The notes below the pieces were generated by a model. The model was not told the DNA's origin, ran no database searches, and saw nothing but the letters and a program-made list of their open reading frames with translations. Shown here in pieces: positions 12,524 to 26,297 of a stretch of 64,000 nt of DNA. The position numbers were made by a program, and so were the translations under genes. Numbering within the stretch: position 1 is the first letter of the stretch; every line of letters starts with the position of its first letter. The stretch spans positions 17,360,001 through 17,424,000 of the forward strand of contig OX597835.1 of NCBI GenBank assembly GCA_951406725.2. Direction: 5' to 3'. Origin of the DNA: Octopus vulgaris (taxonomy: Eukaryota).

Positions 12524-13862
12524 CATATATATATATATATATATACACACGTACACACAGAACACACACACACACACACACATATCCCCAGGTACCAAAA
12601 TTGTAATCTAATATATGTGTGTGTGTGTGTTTATCAATATATGACCGTGTGTGTGTATAGGTGTGTGTGTAAATATTCTCTTGATGACAACAACGACGAC
12701 GATGACGATTATGTTCAAGACGGCGACGACGAGGGGGCCCATGGTGATGATGATGGAGATGAGCGATAAGGAGGAGGAGGAGGAGGAAGTGGATGACGAC
12801 GCCGACGCCGGCGAGGATGAATTTATGAGGAAGTAGAGGTGGATGTGGTAGCGTTGGGGGATGTTGGATAATGATAATGACAATGGCTATGAGTCCGATT
12901 GTCGTTAATGATAATTATAATATACAATAAACCGTTGATGGTGATGTCACTCCTGTCTCGATAACACACGAATAGAAAAAGAAAAAGAAAAAGAAAAAGA
13001 AAAAGAATGAAATGAAATCAATGAAATTATGTTGAAAATGAAAGAAAATGTTTCTATTAATACAACAAATCTTTATTTGACGTCTGAAACATCATCAATA
13101 GAATCCGTGGAGAGATGATCACTAAAGCAACAACAACAACAACAACAACAACAACAACGAAGACGTCAACAAGATCGACGGAACGAAGAACAAGAGAAAC
13201 CAGAACAAAGACAGAAAACAACAACAAGAGGAATATCAAAAACAAAAAAAAAAAAATTATATAAAAATAAAAAAAATATAAAAATATAAAATAAAAGAAA
13301 AACAATTGCAGTAGCTACAACGGCAAGAATAACAAGAAGAACATGCCGAATAACAACAGAAACAATTACAAGAATAATATTAACGAGACGAATAATAATA
13401 AAAAAAAAACAACAACAAAACTCTGAAGAATGAAATAGAAAGATAACAACGACAAAAAAAAAGATTAGACGCGCAAGAAAGTAACTTGAACGCTAAAGTG
13501 AATAAAAACTGAGAATAGAGTGAAATAACAAGAGATTGAAGACAGATATGTATATGCATGAATCTATACATACGTATGTATATATTTTTTTATTATATAT
13601 ACTTATATGTAAGTATGTATGTATGATTGCATGTATGTATGTACGTATGTTTGTAGATATGCATGCATGCAGATGTGTATGCATGTATGTATGTATGTAT
13701 GCATGTATGCAGATATGTATGTGTGTATGTATGTATGTATGTATGTATGCATGAATAGTAGGTATATGTGTGTGTATATGTATGCTTATGTGTATTTATG
13801 TATTCATGTCGCGTTATTTTTAGATATATATATACAAACGCACATAAACGCAGACAAGCGCG

Positions 13863-13899
<37 letters not shown>

Positions 13900-14147
13900 G
13901 CTTGTGTGTGTGTGTGTGTGCATGTAGGTATTTGTTTTTATGTCGAGATATAATGAAAACAATATAACATTAAACTGAATGATTACTCGACAATTTTTGC
14001 ATAGTACAGAGTTATTCAACTTTTGCAACAAGTGTTGTCCGATGGAAGCTAACAGCCAGAGTCTTCGAAGTCACGAGTGGCTGTCAGAGCACATCTTCTG
14101 AAAGTATAATATATATGAAATATGTGTGTGTGTGTGTGCGCGCGTGT

Positions 14148-14485
14148 CGTAAGACACCCGCTGTTTTTGTCCCGTTATTACCATTCTTGTTTTTAATTTT
14201 ATTTTTATTTTTTTTTGTATTTATATTCGTGTGGCATCGTCCGTTTTTCTGTCATTGTTTCGTATACATTCGATCCTTTTTCCAAGAAATCTAATGCTCG
14301 CACCTTAGTTTTTCCTTGGGGCTGGCCGGATCTGAGCGATATCAGGATTAATCAGCCGAAATTTGCTAGGATGATCCGGTTCCTGACTGAAGATTAGAGG
14401 CTTCGAATGACCCGACCGTTCTTTGTCTCGTCTCTTTGTGTTTTTTGCGTTCTTGTCCCATTTTGTATTTTTCATATATAATTTT
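14148..14485. mobile_element. Unclassified interspersed repeat
   Basis: The 3' part ctgactgaagattagagggcttcgaatgacc resembles 47130-47230 (ctgacggaagaatgaaggctttgaatgacc). Flanked by microsatellites. Confidence 0.4.
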
Positions 14486-14560
<75 letters not shown>

Positions 14561-14889
14561 TGGTGGTTTCTAAAAAGAATGAAATGGTCCTTTAGAGGAT
14601 TACCACAGACTCGAACATCGTAATAAGAAAACAAAATAAAATATGTATGCGAATTCTGTGAACGGTTTCCTTATAATTCCTGAATCTTATATTCAACATT
14701 GCTAATCCAGCAAAATAGTATGAAGTAATAACTATCTCCCTCTTACCGACGCCCAGCAAGGTAAGGTGACACGTGTTACAGAATATTATAAATGGAAGGC
14801 GACATTGGAATAGGTGGGGCTCTCATAGGGGAGAAAATGAAGGTGTGAAGGGAAAAAGGGTTGATGGAAAGTGGGTACCAGGAGATATC

Positions 14890-15133
14890 TTGGTGGTATA
14901 TGTATTGAATTTAGTAGTAGTGGTGGTGGTGGTATTCTTCTTCTTTTTCTTCTTAGTGGTGGTAGTAGTAGTATTCATTGTAGTATTAGTAGTGGTAGTG
15001 TTGGCGTAGTAGTAAAGGTGATAGTGTTGGTGCTGTTGGGGGTGGTGGTAAGAGGAGTGCTAGGTGCACCAGTTGTAGTTGTAGTAGTAACAGAGCCAAC
15101 AGTTATATACAATTGTTAATGATGATGGCGATA

Positions 15134-15180
<47 letters not shown>

Positions 15181-16038
15181 GATGACGGTGGGGGTGGTGG
15201 TTGCAGTGATGATGAAGTGGAAGTGGGCCATGGAGGAGAAGAAGTGGAAGCCGGATGAGGATTGCACATCTAGAGCGTCAGAAAAATGAAACAAATTGTA
15301 GAGTATATGAGAAAGACAAGGAAGAAGAAAAAGATAAAGTAGAAGAAAAACAAAGAAAAACGAAAAATATGATGTAGAGGGTGAAGAAGAAGAGCAAGAA
15401 GAAGAAGAAGAAGAAAAAGAAGAAGAAGAAGAAGAAGAAGAAGAAGAAGAAGAAGAAGAAGAAGAAAGAGGAAGAAGAAGAAGAAGAAAAAGAAAGTGGA
15501 AGAATGCTAGGATAAGAAAAAGATGTAGACGAAGGAGCCGGAGGAGGAGAAAGTAGCAGATGAAAAGAAGATGGAGGAAAAGGAAACAGAGGAGGAGGAC
15601 GAGAATGATGAGGAGAGGAAGATGTGGAGAAGAGTATAGAACTAGGAGGAGGCAGAAAAGAAGAAAGAGAAGAGGAAAATGAAGACGAAGAAGAGAAACT
15701 AGTAGAAGTGGAAAAGAAAATGATGATGAAAATGATAATGGAGATGATGACGATGATCATGAAGAAGAGGTATGTTTTGAAAGAACACCTGAAGGGAGAA
15801 AGCAAAGAATAATATTTGAGAAAATACTATAACCGATTCTAAGATGGACGACAAGGTGGAGGAGTAGGAGTGGGAGAAAAAAGCCATTATGTGTGTGTGG
15901 GAGAGAGGGGTGAGAGAGGAAGAGTAAGAAATTGAGAGGGAGAAATTAAGAAAGAGGCAAAGAAAGAAGAGCATAAAAGGGAGTGAGAGAGAGAAAGACA
16001 GAGAGAGATTAAGAATGAGGCAACGAAAGAAGTACACC

Positions 16039-16071
<33 letters not shown>

Positions 16072-16073
16072 CC

Positions 16074-16142
<69 letters not shown>

Positions 16143-16150
16143 GGGAGAGA
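14890..16150. repeat. Low-complexity block (GTA/GTG)n, (GAT)n, (GAA)n, (GATA)n; purine-rich on the + strand
   Basis: Seen directly. Confidence 0.9.
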
Positions 16151-16209
16151 AATAGTGAGCAATAGAGTGATTTGAATTAAATGTTCTTCGAAAACTTCGT
16201 GTCACGCAC

Positions 16210-16252
<43 letters not shown>

Positions 16253-16899
16253 TACACACGCACAAAAAATAATCAAAAGTTTGAAAGAAAATGAAGAATT
16301 TTTGGTCGTAATAAAGAGGAGAATGAACGTTGGGTGTTTTTCTTGTTGTTCCTATATTTCGGTTGATGTTATTCGTGTTGTTTTTGTTGTTTAGATATTA
16401 TGTTACTGAATTCACTCTTTCCTCGCTTTCAATTCTTATCTCCTTCAAATTATGTCTCTGTCTCTCTCTGTCTCTTTCTGTGTACCTCTTTCATTCTCGA
16501 TCTGTTTCTCCAGGAAACATTGCACTGTTTAATAGATGTCAATATGGTGACATTTTAATTACACACACACACACACACACACGCACACACACATACACGC
16601 ACATACATACACATACACACAGAGACATTCAGACATACACAGAGTCACACAGAGTCACACACAGATTCTATCACACACACATATACATATATCCACCAGG
16701 AAACATGTATATAACCACACATACACATAGATACATATACACACATATACGCACCAGAAGAAGAAAAGAGCGTATTCTCACAGACATAGAGACGCGCAAA
16801 CACACACACACACACACTTATACACACACGTACACCTTGTTGAATACTCATTAGCATCCCTGTACGACAGTGTCTCTCATTAATTATTCTTCCCTCCGT

Positions 16900-17690
16900 C
16901 GATTAATCAATTTCTCTTGCTTTCTGTTTCCTTCTGTTTCAATATCTCTCTCTCTCTCACTCTTTCACACTCTCACTCTCTCTCTGTCTCTCTCTCGCTC
17001 TCTCTGTCTGCCTATCTCTTTCTGTTTCTCTCTTTCTGTTTCTCTCTATCTGTTGTGTCTCTTTATCTGAGTCATTGTCTGTCTCTCTGCCTGCCTGCGT
17101 GTCTGCCTGGTCGTCTGCCTCTCTGATTGTCTGGTCGTCTGCCTCTCTGATTGTCTGGTCGTCTGCCTCTCTGAATGCCTGGTCGTTTGGCCTGCCACTC
17201 TGTTTGCCTATCTGTCCGTATGCTAGTCTATCTGCTTGTCTTTTTGTGTGCCAGTTTGTTTGTCTATCTGCCTGTCATTTTCTCTACCGGTTTTGTTTGT
17301 CTATCTGTATGCTTCTGTCTGCCGATCTGTTTGTCTACCTATCTGTCTATTTGTCTATCTCTCCATCTGTTTGTCTATCTCTCCGTCTGTTTGTCTATCA
17401 GCTTATCTGTCTGTTTGTTTTTCTGTTTCCCTACCTGACTCTCTGTTTCTCTGTCACTCTATCTGTCAATAGATGTGCTTTCACTTCCTGTATGTCCGTC
17501 TATCTGCCTCCCTGTTTGCCTGTCTGTGCGTTTGTTTATTTGCCTGTAAGTCTATCCCTCTCTTTGCGTTTAGGTCTGCAATCTCTCTCTATCTCTCTAT
17601 TTCTTTCTTTCCGTCTATTCTTTTTCCTCACTATTTCTTTCTTTCCCCCCTGCCTCTTTCCCCCTGTTTCCCTCTCTCACACACATACAC
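16900..17690. repeat. Pyrimidine-rich (CT)/(TCTG) low-complexity block with a 24-bp minisatellite
   Basis: ctggtcgtctgcctctctgattgt repeated about 3.3 times at 17107-17186. Confidence 0.9.
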
Positions 17691-18145
17691 ATACACTATC
17701 GCATTAGCTTATTAGGAACATTACACTTAGATAGTTTGAATAAGATACCACTCATACAATGGGGTCAATATATTAACACTAATTTCTAACACTCACTTCA
17801 AACATATAAGGCGTGTTTCCATGATTGCTATCGATGCTTTTTTCAATTAGCATTTCATACTGTTCTCACAGACACACAACACACACAAACATATACTCAC
17901 ATATACAAACATGGACACCGTATTTCGTTTACCGACCATAATATACTACCGAGAGTATCAGAGGTCAGTAAGTGAATACTGTGTCCCACATTTTGTACAC
18001 ATTGTGTTAGCAGTTCGATTTAATATAATTTAAAGTTCTTTTGCAGATTTTCTACATCATTCAGAGCCAGCAGTGAAAATTACGACGTTTCGTATACGAA
18101 TACTTCTTGTAAGCAATGCGACTGAAGATAGAAAAATAGATAATA

Positions 18146-18219
<74 letters not shown>

Positions 18220-18414
18220 GTATATATATATATGGACTAATTACCCCTCTTCAGCGCCACATTCAATGCATTAATTATCCACGAATACCTTCCTTAATGA
18301 TGTAACTCCATTGAACAAATTTACAAATTTAACACATTCATGACGACAGGTACGTACATTTATATATAAATTTATATAGATACACGCACACGCACACACA
18401 CACACATATATGTA

Positions 18415-18665
18415 TGTGAAGGCGCGTGGCCTAGTGGTTAGGCTGTTTCACTCAGGATCGCTAGATCGAGGGTTCGACTCCCTGACTGGGCGGCGCATTG
18501 TGTTCTTGAGCAAAATCCTTCATTTCACGTTGCACCAGTGAATCTTTCGATCAGGAGGAATGTTGACCTACTCGTCTAGCCAGCGGGGTGGACAAGCTAG
18601 GCGTCATTTGATGGCTAAAATAATGCAAAGCGCATTGTGACCAGCGATGTGTAAAAGCATTTGTT
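18415..18665 (+). mobile_element. tRNA-derived SINE family D
   Basis: A box TGGCCTAGTGG, B box GGTTCGACTCC, CORE-like tgtgttcttgagcaaaa..catttcacgttgc. Tail tagccagcggggtgg...ggctaaaa is shared with 50000-50050. Confidence 0.8.
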
Positions 18666-18710
18666 AACTCTTTTATAAATCTCCTTAGACTAACTTTGAT
18701 AAGAGAAATA

Positions 18711-19375
18711 TACATAATTGTTATGGTTGGAATTAACTCTCCCACACAAATCTATATCTCCTCGAAACGGCCGTCAGACTTTGCACCTGCTCGAAATTCC
18801 TTTTAGCATAATTTCATAGCAACTTTCTTATCTGTTTGGATTACCGCTATACATTCACCATCCGCATATTTTAATATCCTCATTGATTTTAATACATACA
18901 GACAGACACAGTCTCTCGCAGTGAACTTTTTCATCCTGAGCATGCGCAACTTGGTTATCATTTCGTGGGCGGCCGAGCGTCAGCCATTGTCTCTCGGTCG
19001 TTCTGTCCCCTTCAGCGTATCGACATGATAACCATTGAAGAACGCACGTTTTTAGTTGAAAGGGTGGTTTCGAACTAGAAACAAATACACAGGTACTGTG
19101 AAACCGAAGTTCAGTGAAATTTTTCCAAATACAGTTCTTCTACATCGTGACACTGTGCGGGATTTGATAAGAAAATTTAGAAACACAGGCTCAGTGGAAG
19201 ATATAGCAAGTAGGCATACTGTTCTTTCAGACGAAACATTCTCCAATATTTCTGCTAAAATGTTGGCAAACCCGTCAAACGCCTTACGCAAATTGTCACA
19301 GAAAACGGATCATCAGCCTAGGAAGTACTTATACGGCAGTAAAAACCAAATTAAATTTCAACACCTCTTATAAAG
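18711..19375 (+). mobile_element. 5' part of a Tc1/mariner-superfamily transposon (rosa/DD41D-like N-terminal HTH)
   Basis: MITIEERTFLVE at 19025, then a frameshift to KFSEIFPNTVLLHRDTVRDLIRKFRNTGSVED...LRKLSQ (DUF4817-type HTH pattern). Catalytic domain absent; left boundary approximate. Confidence 0.75.
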
Positions 19376-19630
19376 TTTTTTAAAGTCTTGTAAAGTCTAA
19401 TGTATTCCTTTGCAGCCCTATACCATCTTATAAATATTTATTTCGCAATAAAATACTCACAGCAGAGAGACTTTTTGAACACCTTGTATACACAATAAGA
19501 AGTAGTATTCTTAGCGGTGTGAGGAAAGCTATAAAAGTTTTCTTGTATTTGCTCAATAAAATGCTGAGAAATGTAGACTAGTCTTCTGTAGTAATTAAAG
19601 TAAAAGATTAATAGTACAGGGAACATGGGA

Positions 19631-19707
<77 letters not shown>

Positions 19708-20017
19708 ATTCTTCTGTCTCTTCTCTTTCTATATATATACATATTTATACATATACACATATACATATACATATGTGTACGTACGTACGTATGCATGTAT
19801 GCATGTATGTACATATGTATGGAGGTGTGTATATATGTGTGTGTGTATATATGTATGTATGCATGTGTGTATGTATGTGTGTGTCTGTGTGTATATGCAT
19901 GTAAGCATGTATCTATTCTAAGTGTATTCTTCAAATTTGACACCATTGTAGTAAAACCCATCTCCTGAATGAAAAACAAAAGTTACAGAACTTCGAACAG
20001 TGTACATATACATGTCT

Positions 20018-20417
<400 letters not shown>

Positions 20418-20419
20418 AA

Positions 20420-21115
20420 AAATTAAGAAGAAAAAATGAAAGTGCACATTGGTGATCGACATAACTGTGGTATATGCCTCCACCTTTTGGAGGGATCAGA
20501 GTTCCACTTTAAAACAATGTGAAATATTTAAGACGAAATCAAATTTCACCTGCGTCTCGGAAAACCTAATCCATCCCATTACATGCTTAGGGCGCGGTAA
20601 TCAGTATTTTGGCCAAACAGGAATATCATTCTGTCGAAGAACCACTCTCCACAAAGAACAAATCCGCCACCCACAATACAGACAGATACACGTCACTGAA
20701 CACACAGAAAGATGTGCTAGGAACCTTAATCGTAATTTCCTAATTTTTCCCTTCTAGCAATATTCACAGAATACCTCACTACAACAAAGAATGAATAAAA
20801 TGGCAACTTTCATCAATAAATACCTTCCACAACTCAATATGAACACATAACATAATACAGAACTCTACTAACATTTGAATTAATACCACTAAACCCCATA
20901 CATTTCATACACCATTCACCTTACAGTATTATATCTACAATAATTGCACCTAATCCAGAACTACGTACCTCCCTTAGACATAGTCATTTTACTCAGGGAC
21001 TAGTAGACCCGAGACCGTTCAGTAATCGGTGCGCATTTAAAGCCAGTGAAGAGTAATTTTACGAAACCGGTATGCTCTTGAATCTCTTTAGCAATTGCTT
21101 TTCATAAAAGCCATT
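20420..21115 (+). mobile_element. Penelope-like element 3' remnant: GIY-YIG endonuclease pseudogene plus terminal repeat
   Basis: CGICLHL / SNFTCVSENLIHPITCLGRGNQYFGQTG..RRTTLHKEQI..H..C ... FINKYLPQLN matches the PLE pattern F.C.S.N.IY.I.C..C...YIGQT....R...H and the C-terminal P.LN. Internal stop and frameshift. Flanked by (TA)n on both sides. Confidence 0.88.
21041..21076 (+). ncRNA. Degenerate minimal hammerhead ribozyme in the PLE terminal repeat
   Basis: agcca-gTGAAGA-GTA(attt)TAC-GAAA-ccgg-TA-tgct; core C3 is replaced by G. Confidence 0.6.
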
Positions 21116-21144
21116 CTTTTTTTTATTTCCAATGTGCATTTTCG

Positions 21145-21189
<45 letters not shown>

Positions 21190-21190
<1 letters not shown>

Positions 21191-21374
21191 GACGACGAGG
21201 GTCCCAGATGATACGATCAACGGAACAGCTTGCTCGTGAAATTAACGTGCAAATGGCTGAGCATTCCACAGACACGTGTACCTTTAACGTAGTTCTCGGG
21301 GATAATCAGCGTGACACAGAGAGTGACAAGGCTGACCCTTTGAAATACAAGTACAACTCATTTTTGCCAGCTGA
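21190..21374 (-). mobile_element. SINE body and tail without head
   Basis: Minus strand tcagctggcaaaaatgagttgtacttgtatttcaaaggg...gggaccctcgtcgtc. Its gttgtacttgta junction matches the point where family C copies 1 and 2 end. Confidence 0.6.
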
Positions 21375-21784
21375 TAAACAAAAGTGGGGTTCTCGCAATG
21401 CACTACGGCTGTTTCAGCAGCATTTTACTGATGTATTTTTAGATTACAAAAATTCGACCTGAAAATCTTAAACCAGCATGTAAAGTAGAAGGAGGACGTG
21501 ACTTGTTCACCAAATACATTTTAGACGATGTGAAAATTTTGAGGAGTTCAAAAGAATTTATAGAGTCAGCCTTTATGTATATAAAGATGTAAACTGTTTC
21601 GTAGAAAACAAAAATTATAGTGATTAACTACTTGTCTTGAAGAACGGATGCATCTAAAAATAACAACCATCAAAATCGCAGCCACGACTATTGCTTCACC
21701 GTTTTCATTGCCGTCTTCATCACTACCAGCACCACCGTCACCAATCTAGTAATACTGATTTCACCGCCACTACCCCAAATCTAC

Positions 21785-21930
21785 TGTTCTGAATTCAAAT
21801 TCTGCTGAGGTCAAGGGTGCCTTTCGTCCTATTTCAGTCGATATAATGAGTACCAGTTGAACATTGGGGTCGATATAATCGCCTTAGACTTTCCTGTAAA
21901 CTTGTTGGCCTTGTGGCGAAGTTTGGAACA
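21785..21930 (+). mobile_element. SINE family B, 3' part
   Basis: ttcaaattctgctgaggtcaa..gcctttc..gagtaccagttgaacattggggtcgatataatcg. Confidence 0.75.
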
Positions 21931-22059
21931 TACATAGCGTAAGAATATTGTTTTATTGATGCCCTAGGTAAATTATAATTCTAGTAACTCGACTCACTAG
22001 TCCTAGATTCATTAACTAAAAGACCGTCATCATTATCGTCATCATCAAACCCTGGACCT

Positions 22060-22316
22060 TATAGCCTCGTCTCGTAGGGCTCATAGATCCGGTCGTCCGG
22101 ATTCCATGGCATGTAACTGACCGAGATCACAACATTCTTTTTTCAACGGGAAACAAATCTGTAGCAGGGTGGTTTATTTACAGCCGAGTGAACTGAAGCG
22201 ATGTGGAATTAAGTGTTTTGGCTCAAGTACACAACGCATCGCCTTGACTGGTATTCGAAACCGTTATCTTGCGGTTTTCAGTACAACACTCTAACCAACA
22301 TGCCACGCTCCTTCAC
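22060..22316 (-). mobile_element. Degraded SINE with family D-like head
   Basis: Reverse complement starts gtgaaggagcgtggcatgttggttagagtg and includes ttgtgtacttgagc.aaaacact. Confidence 0.6.
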
Positions 22317-22906
22317 TGTTTAAAAGAACTGTCTTCATGAATTGTTTGTTATTTCTTGTAAAATATTCGTTTGTTAAGCCAAGGCTAATTACTCTCGTGA
22401 ACAGTTCCGGATTAAATGCAGGATTAACTATCTTACATCAATGAATAACGGCTCAAAAGGCTTCTGTGAAACCATGTTCGCCAAGTTATGATTACTGACT
22501 CGTACACATTAATGATGGAGTTTAAAATATAGCAGGCTTAATGACAGAGGAAATTAATTCCATCTGCCTTAGAGCGACAAATGGTTTATGAAGAAAGCCA
22601 ATCGGTCGTTGGACCACCACATTTCACAGACATTTCATTTTACAGATACTAGAATAAATAAACTGGTATTATATACTCCTTCTTTCTCCCTCTATCTCTC
22701 CCCATCTCTTTCTCTCTCTCTCTCTGTCATTCTCTATGTCACTATCTCTTTCCGCACACATGATGGTGATATCATAAACTCTTGATGCAGACATAAAAGG
22801 TAACATTGTATTATACGGTCATAATAAATTTACTTCTATTTTACCTGGATTTCTTGGAGGGTGATAAACATGTTTCTGATAACATAAAACGAATTATCGT
22901 ACATAT

Positions 22907-23050
<144 letters not shown>

Positions 23051-23064
23051 ACATTATTGGTATT

Positions 23065-23144
23065 GAAATGGAGCTGAACGCAGATTGAACAGAAATCGTT
23101 TTATATAAAACGATTTCTGTTCAATCTGCGTTCAGCTCCATTTC
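23065..23144. repeat. 80-bp perfect palindrome without spacer
   Basis: gaaatggagctgaacgcagattgaacagaaatcgttttat|ataaaacgatttctgttcaatctgcgttcagctccatttc; extends imperfectly to 23050-23164. Confidence 0.97.
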
Positions 23145-23312
23145 TTCAATTCACCAATAATGTTCTAATTTCAATTATCCGCACCAACGCACGGTTGCAA
23201 CATTATATGGTTGTACCTCCAACCGTGCTGTTTTACTGCTGTGATTTTTGCTACTAAGGTATCGGTTAAACTTTTGATTAATCTACTACAAGATTATTCA
23301 TCTTTCTATTTC

Positions 23313-24195
<883 letters not shown>

Positions 24196-24609
24196 CAATA
24201 ATATTTATTCTAATATTAATTTAGAATTGTGTTATAAAGTGTCCTCCGTAGTATTATCTCAAAAACGATTTTATATCATTTAAGAATTCTGAATAATAAG
24301 GATTTAACAGAGAATGTTTAGTAAGAGGATGATTAGAAATCAATTTCATCAACAGAGAAGTTAAGCGTGCAAAACTTCACTGCACTCCAATCGTATTTTG
24401 TCGAACAATCTGATATCTACATAATAACTAGGGTAGCTAAACATCCTTTATGCACCATATTAATTTTGATAAAGGTGTGTCCCTATGACTAAGAAAAATC
24501 CTAACTTCATTTCGACGGTGACAAGGTAATTAATGATAGCTGATCAGAATCAAAGAACTCGACGATCACAAAAGTGGAAAAGTTGCAACAGATTCACAGA
24601 AAGAGATTT

Positions 24610-24794
24610 CAGCAATTCCGTTTCTTTCCCTTGGTGTAAAGTATTTTGTTAGAGTTGTTGAATAAATGTGCATCCAACATTGTGAGCGACTGCAGGTCTT
24701 CTAAAGACAAACCTGCCCGGGTTTGTGCCTCGGAGGGTAAATTTCTAGGTGCAATCCTATGATCATTCATTACCGAACGTCTCTTTACTTTACC
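24610..24794 (+). mobile_element. SINE family E, 3' half
   Basis: gcgactgc.ggtctt...gcccgg..ttgt.cct.ggagggtaa.tttctaggtgcaatc matches 26190-26297. Confidence 0.75.
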
Positions 24795-25117
24795 AGCGCA
24801 CGTACACACACATACACGCGCGCGCACATACACATGTATACACATGTATACATACATTTCTGGTGTACAAGAAGAAAGGCACGTTAGTGTAGTCATATGC
24901 TTCTTAGTTTTCTGAACGATATATGAATATACATACATTTATATATAGAGGTAATTATGCGGATAAACAAATTAGACATGTCAGATATATTAAGTGTATT
25001 AAGTACAACAAATACAAAATATGTATTTATGTATGCATGCAAAACGAGAGTGAGAGAGAGAGAGAGAGTACAAGGGGGAAACTCTCAGATATTTGTGTGT
25101 GTATATTTATATACACA

Positions 25118-25338
25118 TGACGGCGAGCTGGCAGAATCGTTAGCGCGCTGGGCGAAATATTTAGCGGCAATTCGTCTGCTGTTACGTTCTGAGTTCATAT
25201 TCCGCCGAGGTCGGCTTTGCCTTTCATCCTTTCGGGGTCGATTAAATAAGTACCAGTTACGCACTGGGGTCAATGTGATCAACTTAATCCCTTTGTCTGT
25301 CCTTGTTTGTCGCCTCTGTATTTAGCAATAAAGAAATA
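25118..25338 (+). mobile_element. SINE family B, near full length
   Basis: Head ggcgagctggcagaatcgttagc, B-box-like gagttcatattcc, central gcctttcatcctttcggggtcgattaaataagtaccag, ending caataaagaaata. Confidence 0.9.
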
Positions 25339-25403
25339 TATTTATATAAATGTACATATATAATACATCTAATTTGAGTATATAAACACGCATACACACG
25401 ATA

Positions 25404-25777
25404 CAGGGCAGGCGCAAAGTCGGAGGGCAGAAAAAGCGCTACAAGGATAGTCTCAAGGTCTCTCTCAAAGACTTCTCCATCGGAACAGAGACCTGGGAGA
25501 CACTTGCTGCCAACCGCTCATCCTGGCGCAGCGCAATCACCGTGGGAGCAGGGACAGCCGAGGAGGGACGGATTCGGTCAGCGGAGCAGAAACGTCAGAT
25601 GCGTAAAGTCAGAGCCGCCTGCACCAGTAGCACTGCCCCTACCCACTTCTGCCCCACCTGTGGGAGGGGCTTCCTTGCCCGGATTGGCCTCACCAGCCAC
25701 CTCCGGTCTCATGGCGGCAGTTCCATCAGATGAAGTCAGTTGGTCATCTTCGAACCGAAGGACGAACGAACTCGAAC
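25404..25777 (+). mobile_element. 5'-truncated RTE-clade LINE (ORF2 C-terminus plus 3' UTR)
   Basis: Open frame GRRKVGGQKKRYKDSLKVSLKDFSIGTETWETLAANRSSWRSAI...CPTCGRGFLARIGLTSHLRSH, the RTE C-terminus with C2H2 finger. Short tail with gaac repeats. Confidence 0.93.
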
Positions 25778-26004
25778 ATATATATGTATGTATATACGCA
25801 TGTATGTACGTAGGTATGTATGCATGCATATATGCATGTATGTATGTATGTCATGTATGTGTGTATGTGTATGATTAGGATGTATCTATGCAGATATTTT
25901 ATATGCTATTTTGGGGATATGAGTGTGGTTGTATGCATAAATATACAAACGGTACATATGTGTGTAAGCGTTTGTTCCCTTTATTATATATTTAACGTGT
26001 GTAT

Positions 26005-26297
26005 ATATTTGGTTAGAGTGAAGATCTTACGACCGTGAGGTTGTGACTTCTTGAGCAAGACACTTTATTTCACGTTGCGCCAGTTCACTCAGCTGTAGAA
26101 ATGAGCTGCGACGTCACTGGTGCCAAGCTGCATCAGCCTTTGCCTTTCCCTTGGATAACATTGGTGGCGTAGAGAGGAGAGGCTGGTATACATGGGCGAC
26201 TGCTGGTCTTCCATAAACAACCTTGCCCGGACTTGTACCTGGGAGGGTAACTTTCTAGGTGCAATCTCATGGTCAGTCATGACCGAAGAGTGTCTCA
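26005..26297 (+). mobile_element. SINE family E with CORE-like segment
   Basis: cttgagcaagacactttatttcacgttgc.ccagttcactcagctgtagaaatgag; second copy at 24610-24794. Confidence 0.75.

Noticed and set aside
15120-15812. Acidic or lysine-rich low-complexity ORFs
   Set aside because: Interrupted by stops and made of GAT/GAA repeats.
17107-17186. CRISPR-like 24-bp repeats
   Set aside because: Contiguous tandem units with no spacers, in a eukaryotic context.
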